Shown: positions 22,556 to 30,440, counted from the first letter of the stretch. The stretch is DNA of 37,776 nt from Patescibacteria group bacterium (GCA_030917185.1 JAUPVF010000050.1:1-37776), one strand, 5' to 3'. A program made the numbers and translations. Notes: generated by a model from the letters alone, not told the origin.

Positions 22556-22825
22556 ATGTTATCTGAAAAAAAAGTGATGGCAGATGGAAAATTCAAAGTT
22601 GGTGATAGGGTTATTTATATAACTCAAGTCAATAACCCCGGTCATTGTCCTCCAGGTCAAAGATGTTCAGGTACTATTATGAATGTGATTTATCTTCGTA
22701 ATGAATCACCATTATATAGAATTGAACTAGACATGGTTTGGAATGATAAGATGTCAGAGTATAGCCGTGGGAAGAAAATGATTAAAGGGAATATTTTTGA
22801 AAAATTTATTTCTCCATTAACCTGA
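22556..22825 (+). CDS. hypothetical 89-aa protein
   Basis: ATG 22556 preferred over GTG 22547 (AGAGGTG SD 6-7 nt upstream). KVGDRVIY-type small beta domain guess only. Confidence 0.6.
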   Translation: MLSEKKVMADGKFKVGDRVIYITQVNNPGHCPPGQRCSGTIMNVIYLRNESPLYRIELDMVWNDKMSEYSRGKKMIKGNIFEKFISPLT

Positions 22826-22849
22826 CGAGCTTACGAATTTTTCCTAAAA

Positions 22850-22886
22850 ACCCGCCAGTTGTATCGGTGGGTTTTATTTTTTTTTA
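22850..22886 (+). terminator. intrinsic terminator
   Basis: ACCCGCC (22850-22856) pairs with GGTGGGT (22866-22872, one G-U), followed by a long T-run. Confidence 0.7.
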
Positions 22887-22982
22887 TTAAACCATTCCTG
22901 ACCGAAAACGTACTCGTGGTTCCGCGAAAGTGACGGCGAGAATGAGGGACGAGGGGCGAATTTCCGCACGGGAAAGTTTTAC

Positions 22983-23010
22983 TTGACAGACCTATATATT
23001 ATGTTATATA
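22983..23010 (+). promoter_or_regulatory. promoter TTGACA-16-(TGt)TATATA for 23077..23787
   Basis: TTGACA 22983-22988, TATATA 23005-23010. Near-duplicate of the promoter at 24463 (ACTTGACAG ... TATGTTATATA). Confidence 0.6.
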
Positions 23011-23076
23011 GTAGTACACAGCTGTTCTTTCACAGAATAGACTACTACTTATACTTTTGTTGAAAAGGGGTTCATT

Positions 23077-23787
23077 ATGAACATGAAATTGAACGCAATC
23101 CTCAAAGAGGAAGCGAAGTCACAAATCACCGAAGTTAAACGCCCCATTTTTTTGGGTGCACAACAAACTGGGATGCAGACCGATTTGTATATCGGTAAAA
23201 CCCAGGTCACGGTCAGGCAGGGCGTGGTCCAATCTGAATTGCAGGTGGATGGACCTATCTCGAAAGAGATAGAAGATTTGGTTGTGGGTGTCCGTGTCGA
23301 AGTGACCCTCAATGAGAGTGTTCTCGGTATTGTGCGGGCCAGAGGTAAGTATAACTTGCCTGGGGATGCTTTGACTATTGGCACGGTTGAGTTGTACATA
23401 ACAGGTACCGTTGAGATTCGTTGCTACGGCCCCACTCGCGAGAACGCCCTTGCTCTCTATGAGCTTATCCGGAGCGGGAAGATTTGCCCGAGCGATGCTT
23501 GGGACAAGTCCCAGATCGTCGGTGGTCCAGATCGTCTCAAAGAAGTCGAGCATGAACTAAAAGAGACGAAAGCGCGTCTTGAGGGAGCGATGTTGCACAT
23601 CACCGGCCTCAACGCCGAGGCCGATCTTTCAGAAAAAACACTTCGGCAGTTTCAGCAAGATTTCGATGAGAAAAATATTCGTTTGCGTCAATTGGCAAGG
23701 ACGCTCGAGAATACCTCACTACTACCGTGGATTTCTCGCTCGGGGGTTGCTGCACAGATTGATGCAATTCTCGACGACATTAAGTAG
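23077..23787 (+). CDS. hypothetical 236-aa protein: beta-rich N-terminal half plus C-terminal coiled coil
   Basis: AAAAGGGG SD 6 nt upstream. G+C visibly above backbone. C-terminal heptad-like LKEVEHELKETKARLEGA...NIRLRQLARTLE. Confidence 0.7.
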   Translation: MNMKLNAILKEEAKSQITEVKRPIFLGAQQTGMQTDLYIGKTQVTVRQGVVQSELQVDGPISKEIEDLVVGVRVEVTLNESVLGIVRARGKYNLPGDALTIGTVELYITGTVEIRCYGPTRENALALYELIRSGKICPSDAWDKSQIVGGPDRLKEVEHELKETKARLEGAMLHITGLNAEADLSEKTLRQFQQDFDEKNIRLRQLARTLENTSLLPWISRSGVAAQIDAILDDIK

Positions 23788-23796
23788 TTCATTCCG

Positions 23797-23840
23797 CCCC
23801 GTACCAAACAAGCCCCGTGCTTGTCTGGTGCGGGGTTTTG
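23797..23840. terminator. two-tier hairpin between convergent genes
   Basis: CCCCGTACCA (23797-23806) pairs with TGGTGCGGGG (23826-23835). Inner ACAAGC/GCTTGT is perfect. Followed by TTTTGTTTT. Confidence 0.7.
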
Positions 23841-23842
23841 TT

Positions 23843-24412
23843 TTATCTCAACTCCGAGGAGTTACCAATCTGTATCCGTTTATGTTCCAGGTAGTATTTC
23901 ATTTTTAATATAAGATTTCGTAGACGTTTTGTTTCCATTCCATTAGGTGACTGGTCAACGTGTAGTATTTTCATACAGAGCATTGTGTGGATTTTAATGA
24001 TGTGTGAAATATGGGCGATTAATACACGGTTACTGTCTCGGTTTATTTCATATTCATTTTTATATCGGGGAGGGTAGTAGACCATGTCTTTGATAACAAC
24101 CCCAAGTGCAGTGTAGAGTGACTCCAACTCTTCTCCATAGCAGATTTCATTTGAGATACATGATGATAATCTGTCACAGATGGTGTGGAGTGCGTGGATT
24201 TGTTCATAATAGACGTGGGAAGAGAAGTGTTTGGTGTGGTGTCGATATAGTTCCATGACGTATGCATATAGGGCAGATGTTGGGTTATGGGTGTGCCAGA
24301 GGGCATGGAGATGTTTGTCTAATGTGCGGTCAGGGGAATATGTAGGGTAGGTGAAAGAGTACGGAGGGTGGGGGTGTACAGGAATGGGTTGTTGAAATAA
24401 TTCAAAACTCAT
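23843..24412 (-). CDS. hypothetical His/Tyr-rich 189-aa protein
   Basis: ORF 23843..24607 trimmed to MSFELFQQPIPVHPHPP, because the longer form runs through the 24463 promoter and into the start of the 24538 gene. No SD seen; start uncertain. Confidence 0.55.
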   Translation of the reverse strand: MSFELFQQPIPVHPHPPYSFTYPTYSPDRTLDKHLHALWHTHNPTSALYAYVMELYRHHTKHFSSHVYYEQIHALHTICDRLSSCISNEICYGEELESLYTALGVVIKDMVYYPPRYKNEYEINRDSNRVLIAHISHIIKIHTMLCMKILHVDQSPNGMETKRLRNLILKMKYYLEHKRIQIGNSSELR

Positions 24413-24462
24413 ATTGTATGTGCTACTTATAAATATATCATATGTGATATACACCGATATAC

Positions 24463-24492
24463 TTGACAGTATAGATACAAGTATGTTATATA
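24463..24492 (+). promoter_or_regulatory. promoter TTGACA-18-(TGt)TATATA for 24538..24936
   Basis: TTGACA 24463-24468, TATATA 24487-24492. GAGAGGAAAGG SD before ATG 24538. Confidence 0.6.
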
Positions 24493-24537
24493 AATAAGAG
24501 ATAGTTCTGTTACAAAAAAAGAGAGGAAAGGATTCTG

Positions 24538-24936
24538 ATGAAAAGGTTTGAGCGGGCGCAGAGCGCCTTTGGTGTGCTGTTGGTGGCTGTAGTAGCCACT
24601 GTGGCATGCCAGAAGATTCAGATGGCTCTCCCTGGATACCAGGGGGAGCCGATATTCGAGGGGGACCGGTTTTCGGTGCAAGTCACCAAAACTCAGTCTC
24701 GGTGTGAGGTGGATCCTGCTGAGATCGCTTACAAATCTCGGCAAGGAACCTCAAGGGATCTTTCATTAGTGGAGGTGGTCAGTGTCAAAGACACTGTTGC
24801 CACCAAAGTCGTTGTACCCGCTCGTGAGAGCGGTTGCGGTACGGGCGAGTTTATTTTTCTTGGAAAAGAAATTGCTCGGCAGGCAAAGTACATGTACACC
24901 CGTCGTCCGCGAGCGGACAACTGGCCATTGCGCTAA
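24538..24936 (+). CDS. small exported protein, possible lipoprotein (imperfect lipobox ATVAC)
   Basis: MKRFERAQSAFGVLLVAVVATVAC signal-like N-terminus. G+C visibly the highest of the local genes. Confidence 0.7.
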   Translation: MKRFERAQSAFGVLLVAVVATVACQKIQMALPGYQGEPIFEGDRFSVQVTKTQSRCEVDPAEIAYKSRQGTSRDLSLVEVVSVKDTVATKVVVPARESGCGTGEFIFLGKEIARQAKYMYTRRPRADNWPLR

Positions 24937-24957
24937 CTTTCCTTCCGTTCATTTTTT

Positions 24958-24983
24958 GAGACGCCTTCACGGGCGTCTCTTTT
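24958..24983 (+). terminator. intrinsic terminator
   Basis: GAGACGCC (24958-24965) pairs with GGCGTCTC (24972-24979), followed by TTTT. Confidence 0.8.
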
Positions 24984-25080
24984 CATACACGATATATTTT
25001 TTGATATTTTTTGAAAATTAATCAATACATATTCACAGGTATGTATAGTATCAATATTTTTTCTGCGATATACTAGATAC

Positions 25081-27825
25081 ATGGAAAAACATCTTGGTGG
25101 TCTGGGCGAACGTTTCTCATCTCCGGAGGAAGAAATCGCTTTTTTACGTGGACGTATCGCAGATACAGAAAAAGAATTACTTGGTAAAAACTATGAAATC
25201 TCCAAAGAAACAATTGTTGCTGAGGAAATTTCTAAATACAGGGGATTGTTGCCAGAACAGATATTGCACGAGACGGCACAATTGGCTGAACATGATATTG
25301 AATCAATCGTACTCAATCTGACGCCAGAAAAACATGATGCGAAAATAGAACAACTGATTGATCTTGCCCGACGCAAAGGTGTCAAAAATGCTTTATCGGT
25401 ATTATCTGCACTGAAAGACCCTCATCTTGAAGATGATTTCCATAAGTTTTTGGTTCAATATGTTGCCCAAGGGTATGTATTTCCACAGGTTAAGACAAAC
25501 AAACCAGAATACCGTGGGTTAGATATTGTGCTGTATGAAGTTGTACTACTAGAAGAAAAAGACAGACATGGCAGTACCGATGTTAAAAAAAGTTTGAAGG
25601 AATTAATTTCTGGGATGGAACAGTTTTTGGCAGGTATGATGTCGGTTGATCAAAAAAATTCACATGGCAGTTATGTAGTTTTTGAAATCGCTAACCCAAA
25701 TGGCAGTGACCAGTTTATTTTTTATGTCGGGGTACCACGTCAGTATCGTGAATTATTTGAAAAACAAATCATCTCCATTTTGGGTACGGTACGATTAACT
25801 GAGGTGGTGGATGACTACAACATATTTAATGAGGAAGGGGTGTCTGTCGGTTCATATCTCGCATTAAAAGAAAGTCCAGTATATCCATTCAAAACATACG
25901 AGGCGTTTGATGTCGATCCATTAAATGTCATATTGAATAGTTTTTCTAAAATCCAAAAACAGGGTGAGGGAGCGGCGATCCAACTGGTATTTGCTCCACA
26001 CGGAGATTATTTTCATAAAAAATATGAATATGTCATTGAACAATTAGAGAAAGGTGTGCCAACCAAAGAAGCGGTCCATGTTCCAGAAGGGTTTTTGGGC
26101 GGTTTCAAAAAAACACTTTCGGGGCTCTTTTTTGCCTCTGCACCAGAAGGTGAAAAGGAAAAGAAAATTGATACAGAGGCGATTGAAAAAATCAAACGTA
26201 AGATTTCTACACCCATTGTGGCAACCAATGTACGAATGATTGTTTCAGCAAAAAGCCGTCCAGATGCTGAGCGGATTTTAGGTACAATAGAATCTGGTTT
26301 TAATCAATTTACTGATACGACATCTAACACGATAGTTCCACATCGTTTGGAAAAAAACCAGTTAAATAAAATGTTTCGGGATTTTTCTTTCCGTACATAT
26401 AATCCAGATTACATCGTTCCTCTTAATTTGCGAGAAGTTTCAACATTGGTGCATTTCCAGACAAGTTCACTTGCACCAACTCCACAGTTAAAACAGACAC
26501 AAGCAACAACTGCACCAGCCCCATCAACGATGGGTACCACGGGGACGGTTTTGGGCGTAAACACGTATAGAAATGTTGATACCACTATTTACATGCGTGA
26601 TGAGGATCGTCTGCGACACATGTATACTATTGGTCAGACAGGTACTGGTAAGACGACGCTGATGAAAAATATGATTATTCAGGATATAGAGGCAGGTAAC
26701 GGTGTTTGTTTTATTGATCCTCATGGTATGGATATTTTAGACGTGTTAGCCAACATTCCCGTAGAACGATTTTCTGATGTGATTTATTTTGATCCAAGTC
26801 ATACTGAACGACCAATGGCTCTCAATATGTTGGAATACGATCATCGGTATCCAGAGCAGAAAACTTTTGTGGTCAATGAAATGCTCGCGATATTTAATAA
26901 ACTGTTTGATATGAAAGTTGCTGGTGGTCCAATGTTTGAGCAGTATTTCAGAAACGCTACTATGCTTGTTGTAGAGGACCCAGACAGTGGATGTACGTTG
27001 TTGGATGTATCTCGTGTGTTGGCAGACAAAGCCTTTCGGCAAGCAAAATTGGCAAAATGTAAGAATCCAATTGTAGTACAGTTTTGGAATGAAGTTGCAG
27101 AAAAAGCAGGTGGGGAAGCGTCACTTGCCAATATCATTCCATATATCACCAGTAAGTTTGATGTGTTCATGGCAAACGACATCATGCGACCGATTATTGC
27201 GCAGGAACATTCATCGTTTGATTTTCGGGATATCATGGATAACAAAAAAATCCTTTTGGTTAATTTGGCTAAAGGCAGACTGGGTGACATCAACGCCAAC
27301 CTCATCGGACTTATTCTTGTTGGCAAGATTTTGATGGCTGCTTTGTCTCGTGCTGATGCTATTGGTACAGATTTCTCTCCATTCTATTTGTACATTGATG
27401 AGTTCCAAAACATAACGACTGATTCTATTAGTACGATTTTGTCCGAAGCACGCAAATACAAATTATCACTTAGTATTGCTCATCAGTTTATAGCTCAGTT
27501 GGATGATAAAATACGTGATGCGGTGTTTGGTAACGTCGGGTCCATTGTTTCGTTTCGTGTTGGGGCTGAGGACGCAGAGTTTTTGGAAAAACAATTTAGT
27601 CCTGAGTTTAGTGCCAAAGATATAATGAATATAGATAACTATAATGCATATGCCAAAATCCTAGTGGAGGGCAAGCCGGTTAAAGCATTTAATATAAAAA
27701 CATTCCCATCTCCAAAAGGGGAGTCTGTGATTGTGGGAACATTAAAACAACTATCATATTTAACATACGGAGGAGACCGCGACGAGATAGAAGCAGAAAT
27801 CACCCAAAAGTATAAAAAAAATTAG
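25081..27825 (+). CDS. soluble FtsK/HerA-superfamily P-loop ATPase with a TraD/VirD4 (type IV coupling protein)-like C-terminal half and an uncharacterised ~515-aa N-terminal half
   Basis: Walker A GQTGTGKT (nt 26632-26655). hhhhDE YLYIDE (27385-27402) followed by FQN. ARKYKLSLSIAHQFIAQL resembles the TraG/TraD C-terminal signature. No TM helix seen. Confidence 0.85.
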   Translation: MEKHLGGLGERFSSPEEEIAFLRGRIADTEKELLGKNYEISKETIVAEEISKYRGLLPEQILHETAQLAEHDIESIVLNLTPEKHDAKIEQLIDLARRKGVKNALSVLSALKDPHLEDDFHKFLVQYVAQGYVFPQVKTNKPEYRGLDIVLYEVVLLEEKDRHGSTDVKKSLKELISGMEQFLAGMMSVDQKNSHGSYVVFEIANPNGSDQFIFYVGVPRQYRELFEKQIISILGTVRLTEVVDDYNIFNEEGVSVGSYLALKESPVYPFKTYEAFDVDPLNVILNSFSKIQKQGEGAAIQLVFAPHGDYFHKKYEYVIEQLEKGVPTKEAVHVPEGFLGGFKKTLSGLFFASAPEGEKEKKIDTEAIEKIKRKISTPIVATNVRMIVSAKSRPDAERILGTIESGFNQFTDTTSNTIVPHRLEKNQLNKMFRDFSFRTYNPDYIVPLNLREVSTLVHFQTSSLAPTPQLKQTQATTAPAPSTMGTTGTVLGVNTYRNVDTTIYMRDEDRLRHMYTIGQTGTGKTTLMKNMIIQDIEAGNGVCFIDPHGMDILDVLANIPVERFSDVIYFDPSHTERPMALNMLEYDHRYPEQKTFVVNEMLAIFNKLFDMKVAGGPMFEQYFRNATMLVVEDPDSGCTLLDVSRVLADKAFRQAKLAKCKNPIVVQFWNEVAEKAGGEASLANIIPYITSKFDVFMANDIMRPIIAQEHSSFDFRDIMDNKKILLVNLAKGRLGDINANLIGLILVGKILMAALSRADAIGTDFSPFYLYIDEFQNITTDSISTILSEARKYKLSLSIAHQFIAQLDDKIRDAVFGNVGSIVSFRVGAEDAEFLEKQFSPEFSAKDIMNIDNYNAYAKILVEGKPVKAFNIKTFPSPKGESVIVGTLKQLSYLTYGGDRDEIEAEITQKYKKN

Positions 27826-27834
27826 AATGAAAAA

Positions 27835-27862
27835 AGAGCCGGCCATTGGGCGGGCTCTTTCT
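27835..27862 (+). terminator. imperfect hairpin plus T-rich tail
   Basis: AGAGCC (27835-27840) pairs with GGCTCT (27853-27858), with inner GC pairs. Confidence 0.55.
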
Positions 27863-27883
27863 GAATGTGGGTGAGGGGACACG

Positions 27884-28144
27884 CTAGTCGCGGTCCCCGT
27901 TGGGAATACTCATCTCCGAGAATACACGTTTCGGAGAGAATCTAACCCTTTTTGATGTGACAGAGATTACTGTCTTACTTTTGTAATCTCTGATAGCTGC
28001 CGAGACTTGCCCCCACTTATTTTGGGGGACTTCGTGTTTCAGTAAGACCATTTCCATGGCCTCGTGAGTATATCCACCGTTCTTTGTATATTCAGTGTGA
28101 TACTCACGGGCCATTACCCTGATACACTCATCAGTGTAAGGCAT
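27884..28144 (-). CDS. hypothetical 86-aa basic protein
   Basis: ORF 27884..28189 trimmed to MPYTDECIRVMAREYH, because the longer form overlaps its own TTGACT-17-TATAAT promoter. Confidence 0.55.
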   Translation of the reverse strand: MPYTDECIRVMAREYHTEYTKNGGYTHEAMEMVLLKHEVPQNKWGQVSAAIRDYKSKTVISVTSKRVRFSPKRVFSEMSIPNGDRD

Positions 28145-28154
28145 TCTGCACACT

Positions 28155-28183
28155 ATTATATTACAAATAGTGTATAAAGTCAA
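28155..28183 (-). promoter_or_regulatory. promoter TTGACT-17-TATAAT (minus strand), 10 nt from ATG 28144
   Basis: On the minus strand: TTGACT 28183-28178, TATAAT 28160-28155. Confidence 0.6.
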
Positions 28184-28215
28184 GTACACCTGTGGATAAC
28201 ACCAAAACCCTTTAA

Positions 28216-28671
28216 TTATGAGAGTAATTCGTCTACAACTGATTTAACTGTATCACCATCAGCATTACCGCCGAATGATTTCATGAGCATGCCCATAAAT
28301 TTGCCGGCTTGGGATTTATCAGTAATACCTAGTTCTATTTTTTTGGCTTGTGCCACTTTCATTACCTCATCTCGGGACATTTGTGCTGGTAAGTATGTTT
28401 CCAGTATGGCTAATTCCACTTGTTCGCTTTCTGCAAGTTCAGGTCGTCCTCCTTTTGTAAACTGATCAATGGAATCTTTGCGTTGTTTAACTGCACGTCG
28501 GATAACAGCAAGCACTTCCTCATCTTTCAATTCATCCTGAGGCATGCGTTTTTGGGCTACAAGTTCGTTAGTAAAACTAGAAACCAGTCCACGAATAACT
28601 CCAAGGCGAATCTCGTCATGCGCTTTCATTGCTTCTTTTATTTGGTCTTTGATTTGTGAGTGTAGTGACAT
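28216..28671 (-). CDS. yqeY: GatB/YqeY domain protein
   Basis: MSLHSQIKDQIKEAMKAHDEIRLGVIRGL...RKDSIDQFTKGGRPELAESE...YLP is typical YqeY. Confidence 0.9.
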   Translation of the reverse strand: MSLHSQIKDQIKEAMKAHDEIRLGVIRGLVSSFTNELVAQKRMPQDELKDEEVLAVIRRAVKQRKDSIDQFTKGGRPELAESEQVELAILETYLPAQMSRDEVMKVAQAKKIELGITDKSQAGKFMGMLMKSFGGNADGDTVKSVVDELLS

Positions 28672-28711
28672 AAAAATGTAAATAAATTTAATATCTTACA
28701 ATTTCTTTTTC

Positions 28712-28806
28712 CTCATACCTTTTCTGGAAACAGAATAATTTTCTGCTGAAAATTTTCTTCGCGCTCGTGCCCAAGGCACTGCGCGATGTTCCAGAAAAGT
28801 CATGAG
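28712..28806. repeat. 95-bp diverged member of the palindromic element family
   Basis: CTCATACCTTTTCTGGAAACA (28712-28732) versus the reverse complement of 28787-28806 (CTCATGACTTTTCTGGAACA). GC-rich inner hairpin CGCGC..GTGCC caa GGCAC..GCGCG (28760-28785). The termini resemble those of copies A-C. Confidence 0.65.
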
Positions 28807-28871
28807 TCAACGAAATTGTTCAAGTACAATACATGTTACCATAATTCGTCTATTTTTGTTAGAATGGAGGC

Positions 28872-29918
28872 ATGGATATTACAACTATTATTTTTGTGGT
28901 GCTTGCTCTTGGTGTCGGTATGGCTCTTATGTATTTTTTACGTCCGAGTGCTAAACAGGCCGATACTACAGGGCTTAATCTCATCCTACAGCAGATCAAT
29001 GAGTTAAATCGTACGGTGGATAGTAAAATTGGCGAAAGCACACGTCATATGAATGAATCAGTTCGGGTACAATTGGGTGAATCAGCGAATTTGATACGTG
29101 AAGTCACCAAGGGTTTAACACGTCTGGATGAGACAAACCGGCAGGTTGTTTCCTTTGCTGACCAACTCCAAAACCTGCAAGATATTCTAAAAAATCCAAA
29201 ACAACGTGGGGTACTTGGTGAGTATTATTTAGAGACACTTTTGAAAAATGTTTTACCTCCAGGAAACTATCAAATGCAGTACCCGTTCCTTAATGGTGAA
29301 ATTGTGGATGCTGTGGTGTTTGTAAAAGACAAAATCATTCCAATTGACTCCAAATTTTCATTGGAAAATTATAATCGTTTGGTTGAGGCGAATGATCCAG
29401 CCGAGAAAGATCGTTTAGAAAAGTTGTTTGTAAATGACCTGAAACTACGTATTACTGAAACATCAAAATATATTAGACCAGCAGAGGGAACGATGGATTT
29501 TGCTTTTATGTTTATTCCACACGAGGCAATTTATTATGATTTATTGATTAATAAAATTGGTGCAGTTACAGATGATACGGAAAATCTAATCCAGCGTGCA
29601 GCCGGTAAATCTAAAGTTATTATTGTTTCTCCAACTTCATTTTTGGCATATTTGCAGACTGTATTGCAGGGGTTGAAAGCCATGCAGATTGAAGAAACGG
29701 CCAAAGATATTATAAAGCGAGTGGGGGAACTTGGTACTCATCTAAAAAAATATGAGGATTATCATAATAAACTTGGTAATTCTTTGCATACCGTTGTTAA
29801 TCATTTCAATGCGTCAAGTAAAGAGTTCAAAAAAATGGATAAAGACGTGATGCGTATCACTGAGACGGGAGTTGACCTAGATATCCCGTTAATTGAGAAA
29901 CCGGAAGGGGAGGAATAA
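28872..29918 (+). CDS. rmuC: DNA recombination protein RmuC
   Basis: N-terminal TM helix, coiled coil, NPKQRGVLGEYYLETLL and a C-terminal nuclease-like region typical of RmuC. Confidence 0.9.
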   Translation: MDITTIIFVVLALGVGMALMYFLRPSAKQADTTGLNLILQQINELNRTVDSKIGESTRHMNESVRVQLGESANLIREVTKGLTRLDETNRQVVSFADQLQNLQDILKNPKQRGVLGEYYLETLLKNVLPPGNYQMQYPFLNGEIVDAVVFVKDKIIPIDSKFSLENYNRLVEANDPAEKDRLEKLFVNDLKLRITETSKYIRPAEGTMDFAFMFIPHEAIYYDLLINKIGAVTDDTENLIQRAAGKSKVIIVSPTSFLAYLQTVLQGLKAMQIEETAKDIIKRVGELGTHLKKYEDYHNKLGNSLHTVVNHFNASSKEFKKMDKDVMRITETGVDLDIPLIEKPEGEE

Positions 29919-29928
29919 TCGTTAAAAT

Positions 29929-30029
29929 CCCCTCTCATATCTTTTTGAAACACGCGTTCGGGCGGGGCTCGCCCGCCGCTCGGCTCTCGGCTACCCGCCT
30001 GCGACGGTTTCAAAAAGATATAAGAGGGG
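29929..30029 (+). repeat. GC-rich nested palindromic element, copy B (core 29937-30021)
   Basis: The core is identical to the reverse complement of copy C. Extra outer arms CCCCTCTC / AAGAGGGG. Lies 10-18 nt after the rmuC stop. Confidence 0.85.
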
Positions 30030-30088
30030 ATGAATCTAAGTGCTATGGAGTTGCTTTTTTTTGGGTTTTTTTGTATGATACAGGAACT

Positions 30089-30406
30089 ATGGAATTTGCA
30101 GTAATACACACAGGGGGAAAACAATATAAGGTTTCCAAGGGTGAAATCGTTAAAATTGAGAAAATCAAAGGCGATTTCAAGGTAGGGGACAAGGTCTTGT
30201 TTGATAAGGTTATGTTGGTAGACAGTGGAAAAGAAGCCACAATAGGTACTCCATATATAGCAAATGCAAAAGTTGAAGGCACTTTGACCGAAATCGGACG
30301 CAATAAAACAGTGGAGGTTGTCAAATACAAGCAAAAATCTCGATACTACAAGAAAAATGGTCATCGACAGCCATGGTTCAAAGTAACAATTGATTCAATC
30401 AAATAA
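30089..30406 (+). CDS. rplU: 50S ribosomal protein L21
   Basis: ORF 29945..30406 trimmed to MEFAVIHTGGKQYKVSKGEIVKIEK. The upstream part of the ORF is read-through of repeat copy B. Confidence 0.92.
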   Translation: MEFAVIHTGGKQYKVSKGEIVKIEKIKGDFKVGDKVLFDKVMLVDSGKEATIGTPYIANAKVEGTLTEIGRNKTVEVVKYKQKSRYYKKNGHRQPWFKVTIDSIK

Positions 30407-30411
30407 CAAAA

Positions 30412-30440
30412 AACAGTTTCCTCTCCAGGAAACTGTTTTT
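30412..30440. terminator. bidirectional terminator between rplU and 30439..30666
   Basis: AACAGTTTCC (30412-30421) pairs with GGAAACTGTT (30428-30437), with an A-run before and a T-run after. Confidence 0.8.

Noticed and set aside
22895-22978. Riboswitch (guanidine/ykkC-like or c-di-GMP-like) because of the GGTTCCG, ACGGCG and GGGA strings.
   Set aside because: The matches are only short strings. The block lies upstream of the promoter rather than in a 5' UTR, and the downstream gene is not a transporter or known regulon member.
2396-28189. Long N-terminal extensions offered by the track for several ORFs (2396, 3423, 1735..2616, 10638, 16910, 18757, 22547, 23843..24607, 27884..28189, 29945, 30439..30678).
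   Set aside because: The extensions overlap upstream genes, promoters or repeats, and the conserved protein N-termini begin at internal Met codons. Starts were trimmed accordingly. Some remain uncertain.
16731-28199. Consensus DnaA boxes (16731-16739, 28191-28199) as a possible replication origin.
   Set aside because: There are only isolated boxes, with no cluster, no adjacent AT-rich unwinding element and no dnaA/dnaN nearby. They are treated as possible regulatory sites instead.
21852-28200. A classical tRNA-integrated mobile island with att sites.
   Set aside because: The duplicated segment is the tRNA 5' half only 160 nt upstream, not a 3'-end direct repeat at the far side of the island. 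No integrase or recombinase gene is present. Only accessory or compositionally deviant status is claimed.
30089-30406. rplU stands alone, with no rpmA (L27) downstream and a bidirectional terminator right after it.
   Set aside because: It is unusual relative to the common rplU-rpmA operon. However, gene order for ribosomal proteins varies, rpmA may be elsewhere, and no sequence anomaly is visible.
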